Of a stretch of 28,911 nucleotides of DNA, positions 1 through 10,000 are shown in pieces. Numbering within the stretch: position 1 is the first letter of the stretch; each line of letters opens with the position of its first letter. The DNA is from Isochrysis galbana (Eukaryota): positions 7,511,272 to 7,540,182 of the forward strand of contig CM030934.1 in assembly GCA_018136815.1 (NCBI GenBank). Reading direction: 5' to 3'. The notes under the pieces are model-generated. The model was given only the letters and a program-made list of their open reading frames with translations. It searched no databases and was not told the DNA's origin. The position numbers and the translations under genes are program-made.

Positions 1-569
1 ACCAAGCGACCTCATCCGATCACGCGGCACTGAGATCACCGGCCTTGGCATCTCCGCCGAAGCGGCTTCGAAGGAACAGCATGTGGAGCGTGACAACAGC
101 CGCCAGCCCGCAAGGGGAACGCTCCGACCCGGTGCATACGACGGCACCGACGCCACAGCCCTCGAGCTTTCGGCCTCATTGGCCGTGGCAGACCGTCTGA
201 ATTGCATGCCAAGGGCAGCAGCGCACACGTCAACCTCGTGCCCACGTCATCAGCGGTGAAGACAGAGAGGAAGATGATGATGAAGGTTCTCCCCCGGCTG
301 CCTCATTGAAACATGCGAGCCATGTGGAATCTGCAAGGTGTGGCACATCAGAGCTTGGGCCGCAAGACCAATTTTGAGCAATCTAGACTAGCCTCGCCGC
401 CTTCCCGTGTGGAGTCTCCTCCCCTCGGAGGCGTGGCAAACACGCCGCCGGCTCTTCCAGCGCCCAGCGCGCCTCTGTATACATATGGCGTGCATGCCAC
501 GGGGCAAGACGCAATACGAGGAGCTCCACCGGCTCTGCACAACCGACGCCTCGAGCTTCTGGGGCTCCG

Positions 570-1484
570 GTGGCCGCCAGCTCGCTTTTTTGGTTCCACG
601 ACGCGACGAAGGCATGGCTGAGGCTCACGCCGACTGGTGTCTGGCGCGGCTGGTCGGTCGACGGATCCCACGCTCAGCTGCCTGCACACAGCTCGTGGAC
701 ACCTTGGCGCGCCGTCCAGCACACGCCTGGAGGCCATCACACGGCGCGCTGGTTCGTGGGCGGCCTTCTGAACGCAGCCTTCAACGAGTGCGATGCGGCC
801 GTGCTCATGGGTTGTGGCCACGAGACGGCTTTCATCTACGAGCCACCCGACGGTACCCACTCGACCCTAACGCGCCGCGATCTGCTGATTCGCTCGGTTC
901 TCGCAGCATGCGCACTGCAACGCATTCTCGAAGGCGTAGCCGCCCCTCGAGTCGCCATCCTTCTGCGGAATGGGCTGGACGCGGTGGTGTGGATCCAGGC
1001 AGCCAAACGACTGGCCGTGCCGTACGTAGCAATCGCTGCTGGAACTTCCGCTGTGGCTATCGCAGACCGACTCGACGACGTCGGGGCAAGCCTGCTCATC
1101 AGCGAATCCCGACTCGTGCGCGACGCGGTCACAGCCGCCGCGTCAACGGCCATCGCCTCAGCCAAGGTGCTCATCGTAGACGCACATTCTTCGAGCGAAA
1201 CGGGACACGCTGCAGTTGACGTGCTACCCGGCAGGGCCCTTCTCGTGCAGGGACACCAGGGCCTGCTCGAAGCTGTGGCGCAAGGCGGAGCCTCCAGCAT
1301 CGAGGCCCTCGCAGACACCGCGCTTGTGTGCGCTCTTTGGCAGCTTGTCCCTCCGAAGGCTGTTGAGTCCTCTCACCCCCTCTTCATCATGTACACATCT
1401 GGCTCGACAGGGAAACCCAAGGGCATCGTACATGCACACGGCGGCTTCCAAGTGGGCTGTGCGCGACGAGCAGCATCGTGCTGA
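570..1484 (+). CDS. N-terminal part of an acetyl-CoA-synthetase-like AMP-binding (loading) domain; frame later broken
   Basis: Frame-3 ORF contains WFVGGLLNAAFNECD...HETAFIYEPPDGTHSTLTRRDLL and the A3-like core motif LFIMYTSGSTGKPKGIVHAHGGFQVG, typical of the ACS-like ANL superfamily. Homology continues in other frames after about 1465. Confidence 0.75.
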   Translation: MAASSLFWFHDATKAWLRLTPTGVWRGWSVDGSHAQLPAHSSWTPWRAVQHTPGGHHTARWFVGGLLNAAFNECDAAVLMGCGHETAFIYEPPDGTHSTLTRRDLLIRSVLAACALQRILEGVAAPRVAILLRNGLDAVVWIQAAKRLAVPYVAIAAGTSAVAIADRLDDVGASLLISESRLVRDAVTAAASTAIASAKVLIVDAHSSSETGHAAVDVLPGRALLVQGHQGLLEAVAQGGASSIEALADTALVCALWQLVPPKAVESSHPLFIMYTSGSTGKPKGIVHAHGGFQVGCARRAASC

Positions 1485-2398
1485 ACCTGTCGTACGGGCC
1501 ACCGTCGCCCTCGCTCGACTGGGTGCCCGACGTCCTCTTCGTCGTTGCTACTCCCGGCTGGATCACCGGCCAGGCCTACATGATCTCAGCCGCACTCTTA
1601 ACCCGCACTCCATCTATCTGCTGGACGGCTCGCCCGTGTCGCCGCCGGATCGATTCGCCGCCATCATTGCTCGCCATAGAGTGAGCGTGTTCAAGGCGGG
1701 CTCCACCTTCCTCCGGATGCTGATGACGCATCCCGAGGCGCAGCAAGTGCTCTCCCGCCATGAGCTGGGGAGTTTACGACTTGGCACGTTCTGCGCAGAA
1801 CCGGTGCGCTGCCGGCCTGCTGAGCTGCATCACTTCCCGAGGCAATTCCCCAAGGATTGACCATCCCTCGATGCACCTCTGTCTCCAGGTCAACTCGGTC
1901 GTTCATCGCTTCGCTGTTCGCCACCTGACGTCCGAGTACATCAACTCTTACTGGGCCACCGAGCACGGAGGCATGGTGTGGAGCCGTTGCCACGACAACG
2001 ACTCGCAAGAACTGAGGCCGAGCACCCGCACATGGCCGCTACCTTGGATTCACGCCGACGTCTTAATGAGAGACGACTCAGGCGGAAGATGGCGCACGGC
2101 CGGGCAAGACGAAGCGGGTGAGGCTGCCATTCTCCGGCCCTATCCTTACATGGCGCTCACGGTCTGGAATTCGAAGGGCTTCGGCAGCGCGGGTTGGCAG
2201 GGTGATGTGGAACGCTGGGCTTCTTACTTCACCCAAGATGGAGCGTACATTCAAGGAGACCTAGCAATCCGACACAGCGACGGTTCATACACATTCCACG
2301 GCCGTTCCGACGAGGTTATCAACGTTGGGGAACCCGCATCGGAACTGAAGAGATTGAGAATGCACTCCTCGACCAAGACAATGAGGAATCGCCTGTGA
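1478..2398 (+). CDS. Middle and C-terminal part of the same AMP-binding loading domain, spread over frames 2, 1 and 2
   Basis: VLFVVATPGWITGQAYMISAALLTRTPSI (frame 2, 1478..1684), then VSPPDRFAAIIARHRVSVFKAGSTFLRMLM (frame 1, 1216..1860), then RHLTSEYINSYWATEHGGMVWS...GAYIQGDLAIRHSDGSYTFHGRSDEVINVG (frame 2, 1760..2398). The order matches one ACS-like domain. Confidence 0.7.
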
Positions 2399-3522
2399 AA
2401 GACGTGTGTGTGGTGGGCCTTCCGCATCCGACGATGGGTACGGTGCCGTGCGCATTTGTGGTTTCAAAGTCGGGAGCTTCATTGGCCCGGCATGAGGCTG
2501 CGAGGCTGCAACGCCAAGTCAAGTCGCGCCTAGGCGCACATGCCGTCCCAGCCGAGTTTGTTGTCGTGCCTACGCTACCCCAGACTCACAGCGGCAAGTA
2601 CTCGCGGCAGACGCTGCGATCAATCTTCGGAGGTAAGACCCTAGGTTACCAAGGCGCTTTGAAAAATCCCGAGTGCCTGCCTGCGATCAAAGCCATCGCG
2701 CATGCGCATAAGGCCCAGTCCGAAGTCCACGGTGGGAATGAAAGAGTTGCAGATCTGACCCATGTTCGACTTGCGGTGAGCGATAGCGAGGACTCGGCGA
2801 CCGAAGCGCTAGCGCAAGGGTTCCGTGATGATGGCGATGAGACAGTCACGCAGGCAATCCTCGACGCGGTGCACCGTGTCACTGGCCGCGACGACGTGCG
2901 GCCTGATACTCCCCTCATGACGGCCGGCATCGACTCTTTCGACGCAATCAACCTCGCGCAGGAGCTAGAAGAAACTTTCGACGCATCATTGTCCTCCACG
3001 ATCGCCTTCGAATATGGCACCGTTCGAGCCATGTCTCCGTACGTGCGCTCAGCTAGTGGCAGTCGATCGAGTTCGCCATATTCGTTGAGCCGGAGAAATA
3101 GTCGCACCAGTCTCGATCGCGAAATCTCTACGAGCCGAAGAGCATCACTTTTGGCAGAGAGCCGTCTTGTGCCCAACATAAACATGCTCCCCCTGCATTT
3201 CCGGCTCGAGGAAGCTGCAATACATGCCTACGTGGCCTGCCTGCCAACGGAGCGGATCAGTTGTCCAAAGTTAACTCCTCCCTGGCGTGTGGTGCCGACT
3301 TGGTGTCGGAGATCCCATTTTCGAGATGGACACTTGATGATTCGGCCACGTTCGGCGATGCTATTGCAAAGCGCCTGCGGAATGCAGCCTTCTTGCGGGG
3401 CGTTGACCTGTTCGACAACGAGAACTTCGGGATCTCGGAGGCGGAGGCGGCAGCCATGGATCCACAACAGCGCTTGCTCTTGGAAAAAGGCCACGCGGCC
3501 TTGCAAGCCTCGCAGCACCTAG
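2395..3522 (+). CDS. C-terminal lid of the AMP-binding domain followed by an ACP; the ORF tail past about 3240 is out of the true frame
   Basis: KDVCVVGLPHPTMGTVPCAFVVSKSG...PQTHSGKYSRQTLRSIFGG (C-terminal ANL lid, with the A10-like Lys), then TQAILDAVHRVTGRDDVRPDTPLMTAGIDSFDAINLAQELEETFDASLSSTIAFEYGTVRAM. Confidence 0.75.
   Translation: MKDVCVVGLPHPTMGTVPCAFVVSKSGASLARHEAARLQRQVKSRLGAHAVPAEFVVVPTLPQTHSGKYSRQTLRSIFGGKTLGYQGALKNPECLPAIKAIAHAHKAQSEVHGGNERVADLTHVRLAVSDSEDSATEALAQGFRDDGDETVTQAILDAVHRVTGRDDVRPDTPLMTAGIDSFDAINLAQELEETFDASLSSTIAFEYGTVRAMSPYVRSASGSRSSSPYSLSRRNSRTSLDREISTSRRASLLAESRLVPNINMLPLHFRLEEAAIHAYVACLPTERISCPKLTPPWRVVPTWCRRSHFRDGHLMIRPRSAMLLQSACGMQPSCGALTCSTTRTSGSRRRRRQPWIHNSACSWKKATRPCKPRST
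2845..3065 (+). other. ACP (loading/first carrier protein) domain
   Basis: GIDSFDAINLAQELE phosphopantetheine-attachment-like motif with flanking ACP helices in frame 1. Confidence 0.8.
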
Positions 3523-4490
3523 ACGAACTAGAAAAGGAGATAGGGGTGTTTGTGGCGATCGCCGCTATCTCAAATGACTTTGCGAATCTGCTCAAAGAAT
3601 CGCCGACGGCAACGAGCGTGTACGCGGCGACGGGAGGGTCGCACTCGATCGCATCCGGCCGTATTTCCTTCGCCCTCGGACTTACGGGACCATGCGTGTC
3701 CTATGACACTGCGTGCTCGGCGAATCTTGTCGCGTGTCATGCAGCCATGTGTGCGCATTCGCTTAGGGAATGCGCTGCTGCCTTGGCAACGGGTGTGTTT
3801 GTCATGCTAGCCCCCGGCACGAGTAATGCGTTTGCTGTCGCCGGTATGCTCTCCACCTTGGGCCGCTGCCATACGTTCGACTCCCGCGCTGACGGCTATG
3901 CTCGGGGCGAGGCGTGTTCGGCCATCGTTATGTCGTCGAGAGGTGGCGATGCCGACGTTATTCTTGGGCTCGAGGGCAGCTCGGTGCGGCAGGACGGGCG
4001 GAGTGCAAGCTTGACCGCGCCCAACGGCCAGGCCCAGATAATGATGTTGACAGCCGCCTTGGCCGCCGCGGGTCTCCGCCGTGATCACGGCCACACGACT
4101 AGCTGGGAGGCTCACGGCACTGGCACGGCTCTCGGTGATCCCATCGAGGTGCGATCGCTCTTGGCTGCCACATGGGCTGACGTCTCTGAGAATGCCTTCG
4201 CCATTCGCGGCGTCAAAGCAAACTGCGGGCATGGCGAACCTGCAGCCGGTGGCTCAGGCCTCATTGGCCTGCTAGAAGGGCTTCGGCAGTGCACGACACC
4301 ACCAAATGCGCAGCTTCATGTTCTGAATACGCACGTCAAGTCCGCGCTGACTGCACATCGCGCGCTTTTCCCTATGCACGCGACTGCGCATACCGATTTC
4401 GTTGGCGGTTCCGGAGTCGACTACGCCGGGGTCTCCTCCTTTGGTTACAGCGGCACCATCGCCTGCGTGGTAGTCGGCGTGGGCAGTGGG
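3235..4490 (+). other. Ketosynthase domain KS1
   Basis: Cys (DTACSA), His (EAHGTGT) and His (KANCGHGE) motifs all present. The extreme N-terminus needs a frame change near 3240 (VAC / NGADQLSK). Confidence 0.88.
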
Positions 4491-6170
4491 TCGAAAGCTG
4501 CCAGCCCGGAAGTGAACAGTCACGCGGCCGAGCTTCGTCCCAAACGGCGTCGGTTCGAGGTGAGGAAGGTGCCTCATCCGTTGTGCGCGGTCTGTGAGAG
4601 TTCCGAGCAAGGCGTGCTATCACGCTGCGTGATCGACGCTGCGTTGATGGCCGTGGTGTCCGACCACATCGTCGCTGGACGCGTGTTGTTCCCCGTGGCT
4701 GGCTACTTAGAGCTGGGCCGAGCCTGTGCGACAAATTTTCTCGGTGGAGGGCGAGGACCTCGCGTGACGTTGGAGTGTCTCTCTTTCTTGCAACCCCTTG
4801 TACTCGACGGGCGCTGCTCGTTTGTCGAGTGCAACGTTGATGGACAATCCAGTTACCTCGAGGTAACAAGTGTTCATCTAGAGGGATCTCGCACGACGCA
4901 TTGCGCTGGGTCGATGCGCCCTTCGGGAGCGGTGGAAGCTTCATTGGATCTCGCATCGATCTTCGAAGTGTGCTCGAGGCCTTTCTCGCCGGCCAAGGTA
5001 TATGAGTGGCTGAGGTCAGCACACTTGGAGTATGGCGAGGAATATCGAAGAATCGAGATGATATGCGCGCCTTTTGCGTCGTCCGATATTGCACTAGGGC
5101 GGCTACGCCGGCGCCACTGGCTTGCCGGTACTTTGGTTCACCCTGCGGATCTTGAGGGTGCTTTGCAGATGATTCACATCCTAGCCGGAGATGGCGGTGA
5201 ACAGCCGCGTTTGCCGTTTGCAGTTGGCAATGCCACGCTCGATCGATGCATCGGCTTGGTGTGGGCAGCAGTCGCAGCAAATGGGAATGCGTCATCGATG
5301 CTCAGGATGCAGCCTGCGAGGTGCAGCTCCTCTTCGGGAGTGCATGTTCAAGGCCTTGAGAGCCGCCGTGTCGCACGCTCGACGACTATCTGCCTTTCGG
5401 CGGGTGCATCCACAATGTATTGTATCTCATGGCGTGACATCGACCCCGCGGTGGCGCCGTTCTCCTCCGATCCATTGCTCGACCTCGTCGCTCCCTCACC
5501 TCTCTGTGCGAGTGCGGAGGAGGCGCTCATTTTGGCGGAGCGGCCGACGCTGCCACCCGGCGACGGCTCGCTGGTCTCTCTGACTCTACACCGCGACACC
5601 CGCGTCGCGGTGCTCGAACTGAATGACCCGGAGCACTTCAACGCGCTCAGCGGTGAGATGGCAGCCGATATGCTGCGGGCCGTGCTGTGGCTCCGTGCGC
5701 AGCCGGCTTCGACGGTCGGCTCAGTGGTCGTGCAGGGCAGAGGGCCGCACTTCTGCCCTGGTGGCAACCTGTACAAGTTGCGGCGTGGCAGCTCGGGGAG
5801 GATGACGGAGTCGGCCAGGAGCTCCGTGGACTTATTCGCTGGTTTCGTCGCTCTGCGAACCCTGTCTGTTCCTGTCGTGAGCGCGGTGCACGGCACTGTG
5901 CTCGGAGGCGGGCTCGCAATTGCCTTGCTCACCGACTGTGTAGTAGCGTCAAAAGACGCCACCTTCCAGCACGGCGAGCTCACGCGGGGTCTGACACCCG
6001 CGGGTCTGCTGACTCGGAGCCTTGCTGAGGCCGTCGGTCCCGTCGCGGCGCCTCCACATTCGAGCGGATGCTGCCCGTGTACCGTCAGTGCCGGCACGCT
6101 CTCCACACGCTCTCAGTCAACATCGAGCCCTTCTCGGGCATTGAGAGTGGGCATGAGCGAGCCATCTTGA
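3261..6170 (+). CDS. PKS fragment: ketosynthase, dehydratase, enoyl-CoA hydratase-like (truncated)
   Basis: 969-aa ORF in frame 3. KS motifs AAMDPQQRLLLE, DTACSANLVACH, EAHGTGTALGDP, KANCGHGEPAAG; DH motifs DHIVAGRVLFPVAG and HPADLEGALQ; then an ECH fold. The last about 40 aa after 6049 are out-of-frame read-through of the hydrolase/KR repeat. Confidence 0.85.
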   Translation: MSKVNSSLACGADLVSEIPFSRWTLDDSATFGDAIAKRLRNAAFLRGVDLFDNENFGISEAEAAAMDPQQRLLLEKGHAALQASQHLDELEKEIGVFVAIAAISNDFANLLKESPTATSVYAATGGSHSIASGRISFALGLTGPCVSYDTACSANLVACHAAMCAHSLRECAAALATGVFVMLAPGTSNAFAVAGMLSTLGRCHTFDSRADGYARGEACSAIVMSSRGGDADVILGLEGSSVRQDGRSASLTAPNGQAQIMMLTAALAAAGLRRDHGHTTSWEAHGTGTALGDPIEVRSLLAATWADVSENAFAIRGVKANCGHGEPAAGGSGLIGLLEGLRQCTTPPNAQLHVLNTHVKSALTAHRALFPMHATAHTDFVGGSGVDYAGVSSFGYSGTIACVVVGVGSGSKAASPEVNSHAAELRPKRRRFEVRKVPHPLCAVCESSEQGVLSRCVIDAALMAVVSDHIVAGRVLFPVAGYLELGRACATNFLGGGRGPRVTLECLSFLQPLVLDGRCSFVECNVDGQSSYLEVTSVHLEGSRTTHCAGSMRPSGAVEASLDLASIFEVCSRPFSPAKVYEWLRSAHLEYGEEYRRIEMICAPFASSDIALGRLRRRHWLAGTLVHPADLEGALQMIHILAGDGGEQPRLPFAVGNATLDRCIGLVWAAVAANGNASSMLRMQPARCSSSSGVHVQGLESRRVARSTTICLSAGASTMYCISWRDIDPAVAPFSSDPLLDLVAPSPLCASAEEALILAERPTLPPGDGSLVSLTLHRDTRVAVLELNDPEHFNALSGEMAADMLRAVLWLRAQPASTVGSVVVQGRGPHFCPGGNLYKLRRGSSGRMTESARSSVDLFAGFVALRTLSVPVVSAVHGTVLGGGLAIALLTDCVVASKDATFQHGELTRGLTPAGLLTRSLAEAVGPVAAPPHSSGCCPCTVSAGTLSTRSQSTSSPSRALRVGMSEPS
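4540..5390 (+). other. Dehydratase-like domain DH1
   Basis: HIVAGRVLFP matches HxxxGxxxxP; downstream LAGTLVHPADLEGALQ matches the Asp-containing DH motif region. Confidence 0.8.
5415..6049 (+). repeat. Repeat block E1 copy 1: enoyl-CoA hydratase-like N-terminal portion, truncated
   Basis: Same length (635 nt) and apparently near-identical to 7946..8580, 17486..18120 and the indel-bearing copy starting 23156. Encodes VAVLELNDPEHFNALSGEM...VHGTVLGGGLAIALLTDCVVAS...RSLAEAVGPVAA. Confidence 0.9.
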
Positions 6171-7081
6171 TGGCGCTATCCTCTGACCGTTGGCCCACGT
6201 GGTGCGAGATGTTCCCAGGCGTGACGGAGGACGCGCTCGCGCCGTACGGCCCTGTTTTGTCGATGCGCCTGGCCGGCAAACACATTGATGTCGTGACGCG
6301 GTGCATCGGAAACCGCGAGCCCATCTTCACTGACGCGCTTGAAGGCTTCTTGGGATGCGATTCGCCCTCGACCTGGTGGGAGACGGAGCAGGGTGCTTCG
6401 AAGGGGCTGCTGGAGACGAGCCCACTCGTCCTTGGCGCTCGCGCGAATTATACGGCACGAGGGCTACCAAGCTCAGCAGACCTTCGGCGCAACCACGCCG
6501 ATGGGCTTGGAATGAGCCTTGCGTTGGCTCGCGCATCTGCTCTGTCCACGTTGCCGGCGATGGAGGGCGCGCTGCAGCTAGCGCGTCTGCAGTTGGCCCG
6601 TCGTCCCTACCCGTTGTGGGTTCTGAATGCTGGCGCCCAGCCATGTAGCCCCGCTTCCGTCTCGCGTCCCACATTTGGAGGCCTGCTCGGCCTCTTGCGC
6701 ACGGTACACGCTGAGGCTGCAAGCGCCGCTGCTTGGCACCTAGACTGCTGCGGCGATCGTCTGCCTGAGTCGTTGGCGGTTGCGTCGTCTTCGCCTGCAT
6801 CGGAGCCGGAGCTGTGCTTCGCCGGCCAGTCTGCGAGGGTGCCAAGGTTGGACCGTCTTGGCTCGACTGGTTCGCAAGCGCCGGCGGTCGACGGTGTGCA
6901 TCTCATCTCTGGCGGCACGGGCGGCCTCGGCCTGCTCACGGGTAAGTGGCTCGGCCGCCAAGGTGCGGCGAGGGTCGCGCTGGCCTCCCGGAGTGGTCGC
7001 GTCGCGCAGGCGAGCAGATCCTTGATCGACCAAGCGGAACGTCTCCGATTATTGGCGTGTGCATGCGACGTAGCAGAGGTG
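6050..7081 (+). repeat. Repeat block copy 1: C-terminal part of alpha/beta-hydrolase plus N-terminal/NADPH-binding part of KR, truncated
   Basis: 1032 nt, colinear with 10304..11335. Encodes ERMLPVYRQCRHALHTL...AGKHIDVVTRCIGNREPIFTDALEGFLG...LISGGTGGLGLLTGKWLG. Confidence 0.88.
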
Positions 7082-10000
7082 CGATCCTTAGAACGCTCAG
7101 AGTCCGTTGCTGCGCTATCTTGCGGCATCGGCATGATTTTCTCGCAGGTCGTGTCCCTTTCGTTCGCTAACGCAGGAATGTTGTCGACTCGAGGCCGCTG
7201 CCACACATTCGACGCTCGCGCCGATGGGTATGTTCGTGGCGAGGGCTGCTACTCGATGCTGCTACGGAGTGCCGACGACGTCGAGAAGGCTGTGTTCGAG
7301 GGCGCGGCCGTGCAGCAGGATGGAAAGTCAGCGTCACTCACCGCTCCCAACGGCCAAGCCCAGCGGCAGCTCATCCGCGCGGCGCTTGCCGACGCATCGC
7401 TGCTCGAGTCCGACTTGTTCGGCTACGAGGCTCACGGGACTGGGACCCCTCTCGGCGACCCGGTTGAAATTCGAGCCCTCGAAGCGTCCGTTCTAGTCCG
7501 CCGCGGTGGTGGTAGGCCGCTGGCTATCGGTTCGAGCAAAGCGAATTGGGGCCACGCGGAAGCCGCCGCAGGAGCCTGTGGCTTGGTTTGTCTCGGACTA
7601 CGTCTCATGGCGGAGCAGGCACCTCCCAATGCGCAGCTCCGCATCATGAACGTGCACGTGGTCGAGACGATCGCCGGGTCACCTGGGGTGATGCCAGTGC
7701 AACTGCTTTCGCTAGCATCCCGGCAGACTCCCCGTCACGCGGGAAGCGTGTCGTCGTTCGGCTTGAATGGAACCATTGCACATGGTGTGATGAGCCGCAG
7801 CTGGCGAGACGTGAAGGTTGCGGACCTGACGGCACGATTCGCCTCGACTGCACCCGAGTTCCATCGCCGACGCTTTGCGTGGTCTCACGGGGCGCGTCGC
7901 CGAGCGCGTCCGACGGCCAGCTCTCCTACGTTTGCAGCATCGAAGATGTATTGTATCTCATGGCGTGACATCGACCCCGCGGTGGCGCCGTTCTCCTCCG
8001 ATCCATTGCTCGACCTCGTCGCTCCCTCACCTCTCTGTGCGAGTGCGGAGGAGGCGCTCATTTTGGCGGAGCGGCCGACGCTGCCACCCGGCGACGGCTC
8101 GCTGGTCTCTCTGACTCTACACCGCGACACCCGCGTCGCGGTGCTCGAACTGAATGACCCGGAGCACTTCAACGCGCTCAGCGGTGAGATGGCAGCCGAT
8201 ATGCTGCGGGCCGTGCTGTGGCTCCGTGCGCAGCCGGCTTCGACGGTCGGCTCAGTGGTCGTGCAGGGCAGAGGGCCGCACTTCTGCCCTGGTGGCAACC
8301 TGTACAAGTTGCGGCGTGGCAGCTCGGGGAGGATGACGGAGTCGGCCAGGAGCTCCGTGGACTTATTCGCTGGTTTCGTCGCTCTGCGAACCCTGTCTGT
8401 TCCTGTCGTGAGCGCGGTGCACGGCACTGTGCTCGGAGGCGGGCTCGCAATTGCCTTGCTCACCGACTGTGTAGTAGCGTCAAAAGACGCCACCTTCCAG
8501 CACGGCGAGCTCACGCGGGGTCTGACACCCGCGGGTCTGCTGACTCGGAGCCTTGCTGAGGCCGTCGGTCCCGTCGCGGCCATGAGGCTCTACTTGCGCG
8601 ACGAGGAAGTCGGGACGGGAGAGGCGCTTTCCCTCGGGCTTGTGCAGCACGTTTGCGACACGCCAGAGCAAGCACAGGCGATGGCGTCAGCGCTAGCCGC
8701 AGGCGCTGTTGCCGCGCGCGAGGTGGGCGTGCGTGCTCTTTCGTTGTCGGAGCGCCGCATTCTCGCGTCGGAGGCTTGGTCGCAAGCCAAGTCTGCGGCG
8801 GGCGCCCGCCGCGCTCCAGTGGCTGTCAGCCCTTCGCGACCGAATCTCGTGTGGACGTCGCTGCCTGCGGTGGATGACGCGGCCAAGTCGGTGCCCCCGA
8901 TTCGCGTCGCCTGTGACGACGATTCGGGCGTGAGTGCAATCGAGTTCTCTTGCGCTCAATGCGCAGCTGTCGTAGCAGCACAGCTCGAAGCCGCGTTCGA
9001 GGCGATACGCAACCGGACCCACCGCGTGCTTGCGCTCGTCTTGTGCAGTGCAACCTGGCAAGACGTGGAGACCGCGAGCATCGAGGAGCTCTTGTCTGTC
9101 CTCACAAGGTTGCGATCCCTGCGCATCCCGCTCATCAGCGTGGTGCATGGCAGCGTGTGCGGGCTCGGCTTGCTGGCTTGCGAGGCCTGCGACTACAGGA
9201 TTGGGGACGGATCGAGCACCGCGGCGGCAGCTCACCTGATTCACGAGGCCGCGCCCAACCTTGATGCGGCCTGGGAGCGTGCCCTTGAGTTTGCGGCGTG
9301 GCTCGCAGCGCAGCCGTCTGTTGGGCTTGCAGGCACTCTGGAGTTGATGCGCCTCCCGTTGCAGGGCGCAGGGATGATTTCTAGTCCACGCCAAGCGCTG
9401 CGAAACGCATTGCGACCGCCACTTCCTGCGCGTGCCGCGCGGGTATCCTCTGTCGTCGACAAGATATCGTATGCCGTGGCGGCTAGCGCTTGGACCCCTG
9501 GCGTAGAAGCTCGTGATGCCACCGACGAGCCGTGCGCGGAGCCGGGCTCGCTCGCTAAGCGAATGTGCGCCAAGCTGTCCGCCAGCTCCGAGTGTACGCC
9601 GCTGGATGCCCTGGTGGACGCATGGGACGAGGAGGAGGAATCGCGCGGTCTGACCGAGAGCACTGGTGCGCCCCCGCGCGCCGTCGAGAGACGGGTCGAA
9701 CCGTCTATCGTCGACCCGGCACATCCATCTTTGCTGTTGCTGCGGAAGGCGGAGAACTCCAAGATTGAGCAAGCTCCGCTGGTCATCGCACACGGGCTGC
9801 TCGGAGACCACCGCGGCTTCGGCAACCTGTGGGGCACTGCGCTGGCTCATAGCGACGTTTACGCCCTAAGGCATCGCGGCCTGGACGGTTCCGCCGCTTT
9901 CCCTCTCGACGAGCATGGGTCGGCGGCCATGGTCGGCGAGTATGCTACCGCGCTGCTTGCATGTTTCGGGGAGAAGCCGTTCGACGTGATCGGTGCATCA

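Noticed and set aside
1-560. Separate upstream gene, promoter or 5' UTR features
   Set aside because: Only short ORFs on both strands and no convincing motif, start context or conserved protein. Nothing specific can be supported.
1440-3260. Spliceosomal introns explaining frame changes in the loader domain
   Set aside because: Homology continues with little or no intervening sequence across frame changes, and at least one is restored by a single G. Not excluded without transcripts.
6068-6070. Genuine translation start of the 4631-aa protein
   Set aside because: The Met is internal to the ABH repeat (the same ATG occurs within FERMLPVYRQ in other copies) and results from the frameshifting 6049/6050 junction.
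8693-9850. 385-aa and other long antisense ORFs (also 18233..19390, 348..860, 7885..8583, 20266..21123)
   Set aside because: They lie opposite the well-supported PKS frame in GC-rich codons, recur exactly wherever the sense repeat recurs, and show low-complexity Arg/Ser/Ala-rich translations. Best explained as compositional shadow ORFs.
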